A stretch of DNA of 32,000 bases from a bacterium. GTDB lineage: Bacteria; UBP7; UBA6624. The notes beneath the pieces are model-generated. The model was not told the DNA's origin. It worked only from the letters and a program-made list of their open reading frames with translations, and did no database searches. Location of the stretch: the NCBI GenBank assembly GCA_002716355.1, contig PBAU01000009.1, forward strand, positions 1-32,000. Direction: 5' to 3'. This document shows, piece after piece, positions 24,208-32,000 of the stretch. The position numbers and the translations under genes were made by a program. Every line of letters begins with the position of its first letter. The first letter of the stretch is position 1.

Positions 24208-25258
24208 ATATGTTTTGATATTCTTGGTTGCTTTTATGGGTTTTTTGCCCATGTATCAAACATCTATAAATGTTTTACCTAAAGGTGAAGATTCTTACAC
24301 TGCACCGATTATTTTCTCTGAAGGCATTCTTTTCATTGGTACCTCTGGTACTGTTTATCACTGGCCTCAAGAGTCAAACGTATGGGATTCAGGATACAAG
24401 TTAAGACTTCACCCCAGGATTGCTTCCTTGAATGATCTTTTTATTTTCCCAAGTGTTTTTTCCCAAGAGATTTCTGCATTTTCAAGCGATGGAACTAAGG
24501 CTTGGTCTTTAAGGGTACCTGGCTTACCTTCCGCTCCTTCTCTTTCTGGCAGTAATATTTTGACCCATACAAATAAAGGCTTTTTAACTTTAGTGAATGA
24601 AACTGGGAAGATAATCCAACAGGATTTTGTTGATGTTAAAAGTCAAATTTTTCATAGCTATCCTATTGCTTTAGACGATGATAAAGTTTTGCTTTATGGT
24701 TCAGACATGGATGGACTTGGTGGAAGTGTTGTTTTATGGAATTTAAGCAATCGAGATGAGATCTGGAGATTCAATTATGAAAGTATTTTTGTGTCACCTC
24801 CATCTTTTAACGACAAAACTGTAGCGATAAAATCTGGGGATTCTGAGGGCAGGATTTTTTTGATTGATCTTGAAACAGGTATGCTTGTATCAAGAGTTGG
24901 CTTTGCTGGAGCTAATGATTTAAGGTTTACTTCTATTGCGACAGAAGGAGATTTTTTTTATTTGAGTTTAGATTCAACTGCATTGAAACTTGAGGATAAT
25001 GGAAATATTGTTTGGGAGTTTAATGGAGAAGGGGTATTCACATCTCCTGTAATTTGGGGAGAATATTTGGTTTTAGGCTCAAGAAACACTGCTTCTAAAG
25101 AAGGTAACGGTATAGGCTTTTTTGACCGTTTGACAGGCGATTTGGTTTATTGGCATTCTTTGGAGAACGGAGTGAATGCTGATCCTGTAGTCAGTGAAGA
25201 TACATGTGTCGTTATTGACTCAAATGGTTTTGCTCATTTTTTTAAAAATGAGGTCTAG
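24200..25258 (+). CDS. PQQ-like beta-propeller repeat protein (BamB-like family), tentative
   Basis: N-terminal signal/anchor 'MIRYVLIFLVAFMGF'. Repeated blades of the form 'G..vW.f......sP.......v..gs' are present ('GTKAWSLRV', 'DEIWRFNYESIFVSPPS', 'GNIVWEFNGEGVFTSPVIWGEYLVLGS'). Confidence 0.5.
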   Translation: MIRYVLIFLVAFMGFLPMYQTSINVLPKGEDSYTAPIIFSEGILFIGTSGTVYHWPQESNVWDSGYKLRLHPRIASLNDLFIFPSVFSQEISAFSSDGTKAWSLRVPGLPSAPSLSGSNILTHTNKGFLTLVNETGKIIQQDFVDVKSQIFHSYPIALDDDKVLLYGSDMDGLGGSVVLWNLSNRDEIWRFNYESIFVSPPSFNDKTVAIKSGDSEGRIFLIDLETGMLVSRVGFAGANDLRFTSIATEGDFFYLSLDSTALKLEDNGNIVWEFNGEGVFTSPVIWGEYLVLGSRNTASKEGNGIGFFDRLTGDLVYWHSLENGVNADPVVSEDTCVVIDSNGFAHFFKNEV

Positions 25259-26129
25259 GTTGAAAAAGATACTTTTATTTGGGCCTACTGCATCCGGAAA
25301 AACATCATTGTCAATACTTTTAGCAAAAAAAATTGATGCTGAGATAATTAATATAGATAGCCGTCTTTTCTATCGGGGCATGAATATAGGAACAGCCAAG
25401 CCATCCAAAATTGAAATGGATAATATTTCGCATCATTTAATTGATATTGCAGATCCCGATGTTCAGTTGACAGCTGGAGAATGGCTTAAATCATTTGAGA
25501 AAATTTTCAATTCTTTACAAAGGAAAAAAAGAAATATTATTCTTGTTGGTGGTACTGGTTTTTATGTTCGTATTCTTGAGGAGGGTTGGGACCTTGGTGC
25601 CACCCCTCCTGATCACATCAAGAGAAAAGAATTGCTTGATTTAGAGAAAGCTAAGCCAGGATCTATTTTCAGTTTATTGAAAAAAGTTGATTTTAAAAGT
25701 TCAGAAAAGATTAATGAAAATGATTTGCCAAGACTGATTAGAGCTATTGAAATTAGCAAATCAGGCTTGCCTGTTGGGGAAAAGGAAAAAATTGACTTTA
25801 CATCTTTTTATTTAGATACTCCAAAAGATATCCTTGATAGAAGAATCGAAAAAAGAACCGCCATGATGTTCAGCAAAGGCTTGGAGGAGGAATTTAAAAA
25901 TTTAGTAAAAAAATATGGAAAAAGTTCTATATTGACTAAAACTATTGGTTATGCTGAATTTTTTGATTCTGAAGATTTAGATTCTGTTTTTGAAAAGATT
26001 AAGACGAACACTAGGAGACTTGCAAAAAAACAAAGAACATGGGGTAGAGGCTTGTCTTTAGATTTTAAAATAGATGGAAAGATGAGTGTCAAAAAGCAAA
26101 TTGAATTCATTATTGGAAGGATAGCATGA
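25248..26129 (+). CDS. miaA: tRNA dimethylallyltransferase
   Basis: 'ILLFGPTASGKTSLSILLAKKIDAEIINIDSRLFYRGMNIGTAKPS', 'HHLIDI', 'ILVGGTGFYV' and 'YAKKQRTW'-like 'LAKKQRTWGR'. I prefer ATG 25248 over the track's 25194, which overlaps the previous gene by 65 nt. Confidence 0.9.
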   Translation: MRSRLKKILLFGPTASGKTSLSILLAKKIDAEIINIDSRLFYRGMNIGTAKPSKIEMDNISHHLIDIADPDVQLTAGEWLKSFEKIFNSLQRKKRNIILVGGTGFYVRILEEGWDLGATPPDHIKRKELLDLEKAKPGSIFSLLKKVDFKSSEKINENDLPRLIRAIEISKSGLPVGEKEKIDFTSFYLDTPKDILDRRIEKRTAMMFSKGLEEEFKNLVKKYGKSSILTKTIGYAEFFDSEDLDSVFEKIKTNTRRLAKKQRTWGRGLSLDFKIDGKMSVKKQIEFIIGRIA

Positions 26130-26974
26130 CACTTTGTTTTGGATCTCATGTTTCTATAGCTGGCGGTGTTTGTAATGCTATTGAGCATGCGGAAAGGATT
26201 GGCTGTGACTCGTTTCAAATTTTTGTTAAACCAAATCGACAGTGGAAATTGCCCAATATAACGGATGATGATGCAGATTTTTTTTACAAAAAAGCTTCAG
26301 GTTTCTCCATTTATCCAGTTGCTCATTCTTCATACTTGTTAAACCTTGCAAGTTCAAATGAGGCTACATTATGCAAATCAGTTGACACTTTGGTTGCTGA
26401 GCTGGAAGCTTGTGATTCTTTAAGAATAAAGAATTTGGTTCTACATCCTGGAAGCCATGGTGGAGATGGGGAAGATGTTGGACTACAAAGGATTGTTGAC
26501 TCTCTTGCTGTTGTTTTCAATCGCTTCAGTGGTAAGTGCAATGTTTGTTTGGAGTTAACAGCTGGAACTGGTTTTAATTTAGGTTATAAATTTGAACATA
26601 TATCTTGGATATTGAAAAATGGACCTGCAGAAAATTTAAGTGTATGTCTTGATACTGCACATGTTTTTGGTGCGGGTTACGATATTTCAAATGAAGAAAG
26701 ATATAAAGAAATTGAATCTTCTTTTGAGGATTTGATTGGTTGGGATAATTTGAAATGTTTGCATTTGAATGATTCAAAATGCAAACTAGGAAGTAGAAAA
26801 GATAGACATGAACATATAGGCAAAGGCCTGATTGGCTTGTCGGGTTTTGAAAACATTTTATCCACCTGCAAAAATTTTAAAATCCCTGCCATTATTGAAA
26901 CACCTAAAGGCAAATCAGATGATTCTGACAAGCTGAATTTAAAGATTTTAAGAGAGATCAGTTGCAAAGTCTAA
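26126..26974 (+). CDS. nfo: Endonuclease IV (deoxyribonuclease IV)
   Basis: 'GSHVSIAGG', 'FQIFVKPNRQW', 'HSSYLLNLAS', 'LVLHPGSH', 'CLELTAG', 'CLDTAHVFGAGYD' and 'LHLNDSK...GSRKDRHEHIGKGLIG'. Confidence 0.92.
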   Translation: MTLCFGSHVSIAGGVCNAIEHAERIGCDSFQIFVKPNRQWKLPNITDDDADFFYKKASGFSIYPVAHSSYLLNLASSNEATLCKSVDTLVAELEACDSLRIKNLVLHPGSHGGDGEDVGLQRIVDSLAVVFNRFSGKCNVCLELTAGTGFNLGYKFEHISWILKNGPAENLSVCLDTAHVFGAGYDISNEERYKEIESSFEDLIGWDNLKCLHLNDSKCKLGSRKDRHEHIGKGLIGLSGFENILSTCKNFKIPAIIETPKGKSDDSDKLNLKILREISCKV

Positions 26975-28170
26975 ATTGGAGCCATGATGTTGTGGATGTC
27001 TTCACATCACTAGAAAGAACTAATGATGTTTTTTATCTTGATGATGTAACCAATCATGGTTGGAGTTACATTGTTCTTTTGGAGAATCCTTTAAATGGGG
27101 ACCCATGGGATTTAATGGATACGAATGAGTTAAAAGAAAAAAAATTAGGACCTATGCCTTTTGTTGGAGGTTTAGTTGGCTGGCTTTCTTATGGATTAAA
27201 CAAGGGTGAAAATTGGAACAATCCGAAAAAACACCCAAATCAACCATTGTTTTCTCTTTTTGAAACTCGTTATCTTCTTTGTTTTCACAAGGATCATGGA
27301 TGGTGGACTAATTCAATTTCAAGATTTAAAGATCTAAAAGTTCAAAAAAAATTGAAAAATACACCTTTTGGAAACATGTATCCATCAATTAGTTTTAATG
27401 AATATGTTAATGAAATCAACCTTATAAAGAAAATGATTACTAAAGGGGAGATGTATGAAGCAAATTTCACTTTCAAATTAAAAGGAGAGATGCAGGATAG
27501 TTTGGATTTGTATTTGAAATTTAGAGAAAATTGTAAAACAAGCTTATGTTGCTTTGTGAAAAACCAGGATTTGATCATTGGTTCCGGATCCCCTGAACTT
27601 TTTTTGTCCTGTTCTGATGATTTTTATTTTTCTGAACCGATGAAAGGCACTGCTGGTTTTTCTGGTGTTGATTTAGCTAATGACAAAAAAGAAAGAAGTG
27701 AATTGGCTATTGTTGTAGATCTAGTGAGAAATGATTTTTATAAATGTTGTAACTTTGATAGTGTAAATGTTTCTGATGAATCTTTAATTAAAGAATACCC
27801 AACACTTAAGCAGGCAGTTGCAAGAGTGTCTGGAACTAAACGTGACGGTGTTAAAAAATGGGAAATGATTAAATCATTGTTACCTTCAGGTTCTGTTAGT
27901 GGTGCTCCAAGATCACGCGTTATTCCTCATCTTGATGCAGTCGAAAAGGGTTCTAGGGGTATTTACTGTGGTGCAATGGGCTGGTGGGCTTATGGCGGTG
28001 ATTTTAAGCTTTCACTGCCTATTAGAACCTTTGTTGCTCATGGCAAGAATCTTGAATATAACGTTGGAAGTGGAATAACCTGGCGTAGCGATCCGGAAAA
28101 AGAATGGGAAGAATGCAAAATAAAAGCTAATTGTCTAAATGAATCCTTTAAAGGTGTGATTGCATGGTAA
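26962..28170 (+). CDS. pabB: Aminodeoxychorismate synthase component I (chorismate-binding enzyme family)
   Basis: 'GEMYEANFTFKL', 'GSGSPELFL', 'PMKGT', 'ERSELAIVVDLVRND', 'GSVSGAPRSRV', 'RGIYCGAMGW' and 'LPIRT', followed directly by a pabC-like gene. The start is uncertain (TTG 26962 or GTG 26992). Confidence 0.8.
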   Translation: MQSLNWSHDVVDVFTSLERTNDVFYLDDVTNHGWSYIVLLENPLNGDPWDLMDTNELKEKKLGPMPFVGGLVGWLSYGLNKGENWNNPKKHPNQPLFSLFETRYLLCFHKDHGWWTNSISRFKDLKVQKKLKNTPFGNMYPSISFNEYVNEINLIKKMITKGEMYEANFTFKLKGEMQDSLDLYLKFRENCKTSLCCFVKNQDLIIGSGSPELFLSCSDDFYFSEPMKGTAGFSGVDLANDKKERSELAIVVDLVRNDFYKCCNFDSVNVSDESLIKEYPTLKQAVARVSGTKRDGVKKWEMIKSLLPSGSVSGAPRSRVIPHLDAVEKGSRGIYCGAMGWWAYGGDFKLSLPIRTFVAHGKNLEYNVGSGITWRSDPEKEWEECKIKANCLNESFKGVIAW

Positions 28171-28874
28171 ATTCTTTTATTTGGTCTGGTGATCATTGGA
28201 AAAAAGGCGATTTTGATTTTTTGTCGTTATCGGATAGAGAAGGTGTATATGAAACCTTTTTAATAAGGGATGGGTTAATTCAGAATAAAAATTTACATTT
28301 CGAAAGGTTTATTGCTGGATGTAGGTTTTTAAATTTACCAGAATCTTTAGGTCCTGATATACCTGAAAATTTAAATGGAGAGTGGACTTTAAGATGGGCC
28401 AGATGGCATGGCTGTCCTGCTGGAAATATTGCTCATTTATGGGAAGGCACCCTTCAGCCAAAAAAAAATCAAATAAATGTTGGATTGGTTTCAGTTAGAA
28501 GTGTTCCCAAAGTTCCAGAATTAAAAGTGAAACACCTTGCTTTGCTTAAGCGAGTCAAATTAAAACAAAGTCTAAAAAAAGAATATGGTTGGGATGATTA
28601 CCTCATTGTCGATCAAGACAAGATTTTAGAAGGAAGTAATTGGGGTTTTATGATTTTAATGAATGGGAAATGGATCATTCCGCATTTTAAAAAAGGTTTA
28701 TTGCAAAGCACAACTTTAACAAAAATTTTAAATGAAGGTGAATTTGAAGGTGTTAATGTGGTTCAGGATGATATAAATTTATCTGATTTAAAAAAAGCTA
28801 ATTCTCTAAAGGGTCCATCATCTTCAGGTTTCAGAAATTTAAATATAGTTTCGGACAAGGTTGTTGATTTTTAA
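28164..28874 (+). CDS. pabC: Class IV aminotransferase-fold protein, aminodeoxychorismate lyase-like
   Basis: 'GVYETFLIRDG....LHFERF', 'VKHLALLKRV', 'DDYLIVDQDKILEGSNWGFMILMNGKWIIP' and 'GLLQSTTLTKIL'. It overlaps pabB by 7 nt. Confidence 0.65.
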   Translation: MVNSFIWSGDHWKKGDFDFLSLSDREGVYETFLIRDGLIQNKNLHFERFIAGCRFLNLPESLGPDIPENLNGEWTLRWARWHGCPAGNIAHLWEGTLQPKKNQINVGLVSVRSVPKVPELKVKHLALLKRVKLKQSLKKEYGWDDYLIVDQDKILEGSNWGFMILMNGKWIIPHFKKGLLQSTTLTKILNEGEFEGVNVVQDDINLSDLKKANSLKGPSSSGFRNLNIVSDKVVDF

Positions 28875-28875
28875 T

Positions 28876-29817
28876 TTAATCAACAGTTCTCTTGAACTCT
28901 TTGCCGTCTATAAGATCGTAAAAAGCACCTTCGTTTGTCAGTATTAGAGATAAATTTTGACCAGTCATGTTTTCATATATTGCTAAAAGTTTCCAGAATC
29001 TGTAGAATTCAGGGCTCTTTTCATAAGCATCAGCATAAATTTGTGTTGCCGAAGCGTCAGCTTCACCTTTAATTTGTTCAGCAGCACTGTAAGCTTCAGA
29101 CTGTATTGAAAGTAATTCTTTTTCCATGTCACCCATTATTTTTGCGGCTTCACCTTGACCTTCAGATTTGAATTTTTCAGCGATTCTTTCTCTTTCAGAA
29201 ATCATTCTTGAAAAAACTGTTTTTTGAACTGATTCAACATAATTCAAATGTTTGATTCTTATATCTATTAATTCGATTCCGAATGATAAGACGCTGGGTT
29301 TTGATTGCTCTAATATTAAGTTTTCTAAACCATCTCTGCCTAACTTCAAATCAATTAAAAATTCTGGAGCAATTTGAACGTCTTCTCCTAAGTTGTCTGT
29401 AGCAATTTCACTTCTGTCAGTTGACCTAACTGTTTCTATCAAGTCATAACCTGTAATAACATTCCTAACAACAGAATCCAATATATCATCTAATCTTGAT
29501 TGTGCTCCTCTTTCATCAACAACAGACTGGAAGAATAAAAGAGGATCTGTTATTTTCCATCTTGCCACCGTGTCAACAAAGATGAATGTTTTATCTAATG
29601 TTGGAACCTGCTCAGGGAATCCATCCCATTCGAGAATCTGATCACTAAATCTATTTGCCTTTTGGATGAAAGGTATCTTGAAATATAAGCCAGGTTGTGA
29701 GTTTGTGTCGCCGACAGGCTCTCCAAACTGCGTGATAATGACCTGTTCTGTTTCGTCCACTATGTAAAGAGAAGAAAGACCTATAGCGAAAAATATAATC
29801 AACCAAAGTTTTTTCAT
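28876..29817 (-). CDS. hflC: Protease modulator HflC (SPFH/band-7 family)
   Basis: N-terminal TM then 'YIVDETEQVIITQFGEPV', an SPFH core and 'IELIDIRIKHLNY'. It follows hflK with a 4-nt overlap. Confidence 0.85.
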   Translation of the reverse strand: MKKLWLIIFFAIGLSSLYIVDETEQVIITQFGEPVGDTNSQPGLYFKIPFIQKANRFSDQILEWDGFPEQVPTLDKTFIFVDTVARWKITDPLLFFQSVVDERGAQSRLDDILDSVVRNVITGYDLIETVRSTDRSEIATDNLGEDVQIAPEFLIDLKLGRDGLENLILEQSKPSVLSFGIELIDIRIKHLNYVESVQKTVFSRMISERERIAEKFKSEGQGEAAKIMGDMEKELLSIQSEAYSAAEQIKGEADASATQIYADAYEKSPEFYRFWKLLAIYENMTGQNLSLILTNEGAFYDLIDGKEFKRTVD

Positions 29818-30809
29818 TGTTTTTCTTCTCCAAGGTTTAAGAATGGAAGGACTCCATTTAAATCTCCATCAATCACTATGATTTTAGATATCTTTGTGAT
29901 GAGTTCTTCCATTGCTTCTAGATAAAGTCTTATCTCTGTAACCTCTTGTGCTTTTTCCCATGCTTCTCGAACCTGATCAAATCTTGAAGCATCACCTCTT
30001 GCCTCGTTGACTCTTTTTGTTGCATAACCTTCAGCTTCTGAAATTAATTTAGCTGCTTGACCTCTAGCTAATGGAACTCTTTGGTTGTATTCCTGCCTTG
30101 CTTGGTTTATTGTTGTTTCTTTTTGCTGTATTGCTTCATTGACTTCATTAAATGCATCTTTGACTGATGGAGGAGGGTTAACATCTTGAAGCTGTATTAG
30201 ATCAATCGATATTCCAGAATCATAAAGATCCATAAAGTTTTGAAGGCTTTCTTTAACTTCAATTTGTATTTCATCCCTGCCGCTAGTCAGGACTTCATCA
30301 ACTAATCTATCACCTATTGCTTTCCTCATCGAAACTTCAGATAGGTCTCTAAGTGTTTCTTTAGGATTTCTAACATTGAAAAGGTATTTTTTTGGATCTG
30401 ATATGCGATATTGAACAACCCATTGAACATCGGCTACATTTAAATCACCAGTTAGCATGATCCTTACTTGGTCAAATCCTTTATTGTTGTATTCACTTCT
30501 CACTCCAGATTTAACTGTCCTGAATCCAAATTCTTCTTTAAGTTGTTCTCTTGTTGGGACAAGTACAACTGTTTCTAATGGTGCCGGTAATTTGAAATTC
30601 AAGCCAGGATTTGCTGTTCTTGAGAATTTTCCAAACTGTCTAACAACACCTGTTTCTTGTGGGCTAACTTGATATATGGTTGTTGAGATTGCCCAGAAGA
30701 CAATAACCCATGTGAAAAAAACCTTAAGCCATTTTTCAGCTTTCTCTTTTACTGGACCCATATTTATTCCAGAGTCATTAAACATGTCTTCAATTTCTAT
30801 TTTTGCCAT
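29814..30809 (-). CDS. hflK: Protease modulator HflK (SPFH/band-7 family)
   Basis: TM 'VFFTWVIVFWAISTTIY', then 'VSPQETGVVRQFGKFSRTANPGLNFKLP', 'ISIDLIQLQDVNPP' and 'AFNEVNEAIQQKE'. Confidence 0.88.
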   Translation of the reverse strand: MAKIEIEDMFNDSGINMGPVKEKAEKWLKVFFTWVIVFWAISTTIYQVSPQETGVVRQFGKFSRTANPGLNFKLPAPLETVVLVPTREQLKEEFGFRTVKSGVRSEYNNKGFDQVRIMLTGDLNVADVQWVVQYRISDPKKYLFNVRNPKETLRDLSEVSMRKAIGDRLVDEVLTSGRDEIQIEVKESLQNFMDLYDSGISIDLIQLQDVNPPPSVKDAFNEVNEAIQQKETTINQARQEYNQRVPLARGQAAKLISEAEGYATKRVNEARGDASRFDQVREAWEKAQEVTEIRLYLEAMEELITKISKIIVIDGDLNGVLPFLNLGEEKQ

Positions 30810-30821
30810 ATTGCAAACTTA

Positions 30822-30830
30822 ATTATAACA
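30822..30830 (-). promoter_or_regulatory. Candidate extended -10 promoter element (TGTTATAAT) for hflKC
   Basis: The minus strand reads 'TGTTATAAT' and ends 12 nt before the hflK ATG (30809). I found no convincing -35 and no SD, so the leader would be very short. Confidence 0.3.
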
Positions 30831-30890
30831 CTTTGAAATTCAAGAAGATAAGTGTTTCCTTGTATGTTTTTTATGATTTTTTTAAGATTC

Positions 30891-31005
30891 TTCGCGCATA
30901 ATGCATAACATGGGCCCGTTGCATGCGAACAAAAGGGGGGAACTATATATAGGGGGGTATTACTTTAGAGTTGGGGGGATGGCTTGGAAGGAGGGAAGAG
31001 GGGTT
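30891..31005. other. GC-rich island in the mqn-hflK spacer. It combines a palindrome-dense block (30891-30930) with a G-run tract (30931-31005) that is C-rich and G-poor on the transcribed minus strand.
   Basis: G6 runs lie at 30935-30940, 30952-30957 and 30973-30978, followed by 'ggcttggaaggagggaagagggg'. By my count, 30931-31005 holds 34 G and 3 C out of 75 nt. The block 'ttcgcgcataatgcataacatgggcccgttgcatgcgaa' can form an imperfect stem. Confidence 0.7.
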
Positions 31006-32000
31006 TTACAAAACAGGAATTGCAAACGGTGATTTTTTATTTGTTTCAGGCATCGGGTACTCAACCCCATCGGAAAAAGTTCTCAATATGTCGTAATAAG
31101 TGTTTCTTTGAGCCGGCATCCTGCCTAAATCTCGAATCAGTCTAATGGCTTCGTTTGGATCAACTCGATAATGAACTCCTGTTGCGGCAATAACCTCTTC
31201 GCCAATTACAACTCCACCAAAATCATCAGCTCCATAATTCATTGCCATTTGGCATAATTTTGGACCATCTGTAACCCATCCAGCTTGAAGATGAGGTATG
31301 TTGTCCAACATCAACCTGCCCAAGGCAACATGTCGCAAATAGGCTTCTCCACCTGGTGCTTTTAGATGCGTGAGCTCAGTGCCTCCTGGCTGGAATCCCC
31401 AGCATACAAAAGCTGTAAATCCATTTGTTTCATCTTGTAGTTCCCTAAGGACATTGAAATGCTCCATTTTTTCCATGGCGCTTTCACCAAAGCCATAAGT
31501 CATTGTGCAGCTGGATGGAATCCCTTCCTCATGAGCTGACCTGTGTATATCCAGCCAAACATCACGACTGCTTCTAAGTGGAGATATTTCTTTTCTTACT
31601 CTATCAACTAGTATTTCTGCTCCAGCTCCTGGTAAAGACATGTATCCAGATTCTTTAAGCTCTGAAAAAACTTTATTGAAGCTCAACTTGTCTTTTTTGG
31701 CAATCCACTCTATTTCTGCTGATGAAAGGCTATGTATTTCAACATTAGGAAATTTATCCCGTATTATTTCAAAAATATTTTTAAAATCTTTTAGTCTGTA
31801 TCTTGGATTAACCCCACCTTGCATCAGCAATTGGGTACCTCCATAATCAACCAATTCTTGGACTCTTTCCAATATCTGTTCGATACTCAAGTCATAACCC
31901 TTTTTTGATTTTGGCAATTCATAAAAAGCACAAAATTTACAGAGGACATTACAAATGTTTGAATAATTTAAAATCGTATCTACAACAAACGTACCTATGT
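31006..32000 (-). CDS. Radical SAM enzyme of the MqnC/MqnE (futalosine-pathway menaquinone) / CofH family. The N-terminus runs off the window end.
   Basis: The track ORF starts at an internal TTG (31917), but the frame stays open to 32000. It reads '...IGTFVVDTILNYSNICNVLCKFCAFYELPKSKKGY', which contains the CxxxCxxC radical-SAM motif. Downstream motifs 'LLMQGGVNP', 'SLPGAGAEIL', 'SSCTMTYGFGES', 'GFTAFVCWGFQP' and 'NYGADDFGG' are typical of the family. Confidence 0.8.
   Translation of the reverse strand, partial: IGTFVVDTILNYSNICNVLCKFCAFYELPKSKKGYDLSIEQILERVQELVDYGGTQLLMQGGVNPRYRLKDFKNIFEIIRDKFPNVEIHSLSSAEIEWIAKKDKLSFNKVFSELKESGYMSLPGAGAEILVDRVRKEISPLRSSRDVWLDIHRSAHEEGIPSSCTMTYGFGESAMEKMEHFNVLRELQDETNGFTAFVCWGFQPGGTELTHLKAPGGEAYLRHVALGRLMLDNIPHLQAGWVTDGPKLCQMAMNYGADDFGGVVIGEEVIAATGVHYRVDPNEAIRLIRDLGRMPAQRNTYYDILRTFSDGVEYPMPETNKKSPFAIPVL

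Noticed and set aside
28872-28878. Convergent pabC and hflC stop codons separated by a single base, leaving no room for a terminator
   Set aside because: The observation is real, but it is common in compact genomes and is not evidence of a feature. I saw no hairpin in the adjacent coding ends.
30891-30930. A cluster of 6-bp palindromes (ATGCAT, GGGCCC, GCATGC, GCGC) that looked like a cloning-vector polylinker
   Set aside because: The surrounding sequence does not match any polylinker order I know. There is no vector backbone, and the flanks are contiguous native genes. I treated it as part of the native GC-rich island instead.
30901-31032. A 43-aa plus-strand ORF (MHNMGPLHANKRGELYIGGYYFRVGGMAWKEGRGVLQNRNCKR) spanning the G-rich island
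   Set aside because: It has no SD, is antisense to both neighbouring genes, and runs into the mqn coding region. Its Gly-rich composition is simply the G-runs translated.
515-31846. The many 60-165-aa ORFs in the track that lie antisense to, or out of frame within, the large genes. Examples are 515-715, 2549-2752, 3064-3273, 6902-7120, 9748-10164, 10631-10855, 11826-12023, 12492-12698, 15164-15358, 16191-16565, 17455-18244, 19945-20217, 20624-21359, 21558-22007, 25949-26218, 26323-26967, 27342-27578, 29651-29833, 30457-30672 and 31640-31846.
   Set aside because: Each is fully embedded in a longer ORF with clear family motifs on the other strand or frame. Their translations are low-complexity (F/L/S/K-rich), as expected for shadow ORFs in AT-rich DNA, and none has an RBS or recognisable motif.
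1-32000. tRNA, rRNA, tmRNA, SRP RNA, CRISPR repeats, IS elements and toxin-antitoxin or defence genes
   Set aside because: I inspected every spacer longer than 40 bp (434-498, 1144-1236, 3321-3430, 7172-7257, 15041-15120, 19814-19880, 21389-21444, 30810-31005). None shows cloverleaf or T-loop signatures, the SRP domain IV consensus, or repeat-spacer periodicity. No CDS resembles a transposase or a defence protein.

Overview
This is an AT-rich, very gene-dense chromosomal segment; I judged G+C at roughly one third by eye and did not compute it. It looks like a streamlined bacterium using the standard code, since TAA, TAG and TGA all terminate recognisable genes. I support about 38 CDS, almost all housekeeping.

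Gene content in order:
- Minus strand, 1-4012: rpsF (partial), a SpoU/TrmH methyltransferase, a small unknown ORF, dnaK, grpE.
- Plus strand, 4065-15040: gmk, rpoZ, coaBC, a parvulin-like PPIase, a priA-like gene, def, fmt, a PASTA-domain kinase-like protein, rpe, metK, an IscS/NifS-like protein, a TusA-like protein.
- Minus strand, 21388 down to 15121 (tightly packed, often overlapping): HdrC-like, HdrB-like, a Zn-ribbon NUDIX hydrolase, a 144-aa unknown, moaA, moaD, moaE, moaC, an RsmJ-like methyltransferase, a UPF0104-type membrane protein.
- Plus strand, 21445-28874: a class I/II aminotransferase, a XerC/D recombinase, two secreted proteins (OstA/LptA-like and PQQ-type beta-propeller, both tentative), miaA, nfo, pabB, pabC.
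- Minus strand, 28876-32000: hflC, hflK, an MqnC/MqnE-type radical SAM gene (partial).

I saw no rRNA, tRNA, CRISPR array, transposase or phage genes.

The recurring theme is recognisable enzyme families whose catalytic or cofactor-ligand residues are systematically replaced while the scaffolds stay intact:
1. An HdrC/HdrB-like pair lacks all 8 ferredoxin cysteines and all 10 CCG-domain cysteines. This is the strongest candidate for something undescribed.
2. An IscS-like protein has Arg in place of the PLP lysine and sits next to TusA and the moa operon.
3. A PASTA 'kinase' lacks the catalytic Lys, Asp and Asn.
4. A 517-aa PriA lacks Walker A and has degenerate helicase motifs.

There is also a striking G6-run (C-rich on the transcribed strand) island between the mqn gene and hflK.

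All family assignments rest on by-eye motif recognition. No searches were run.
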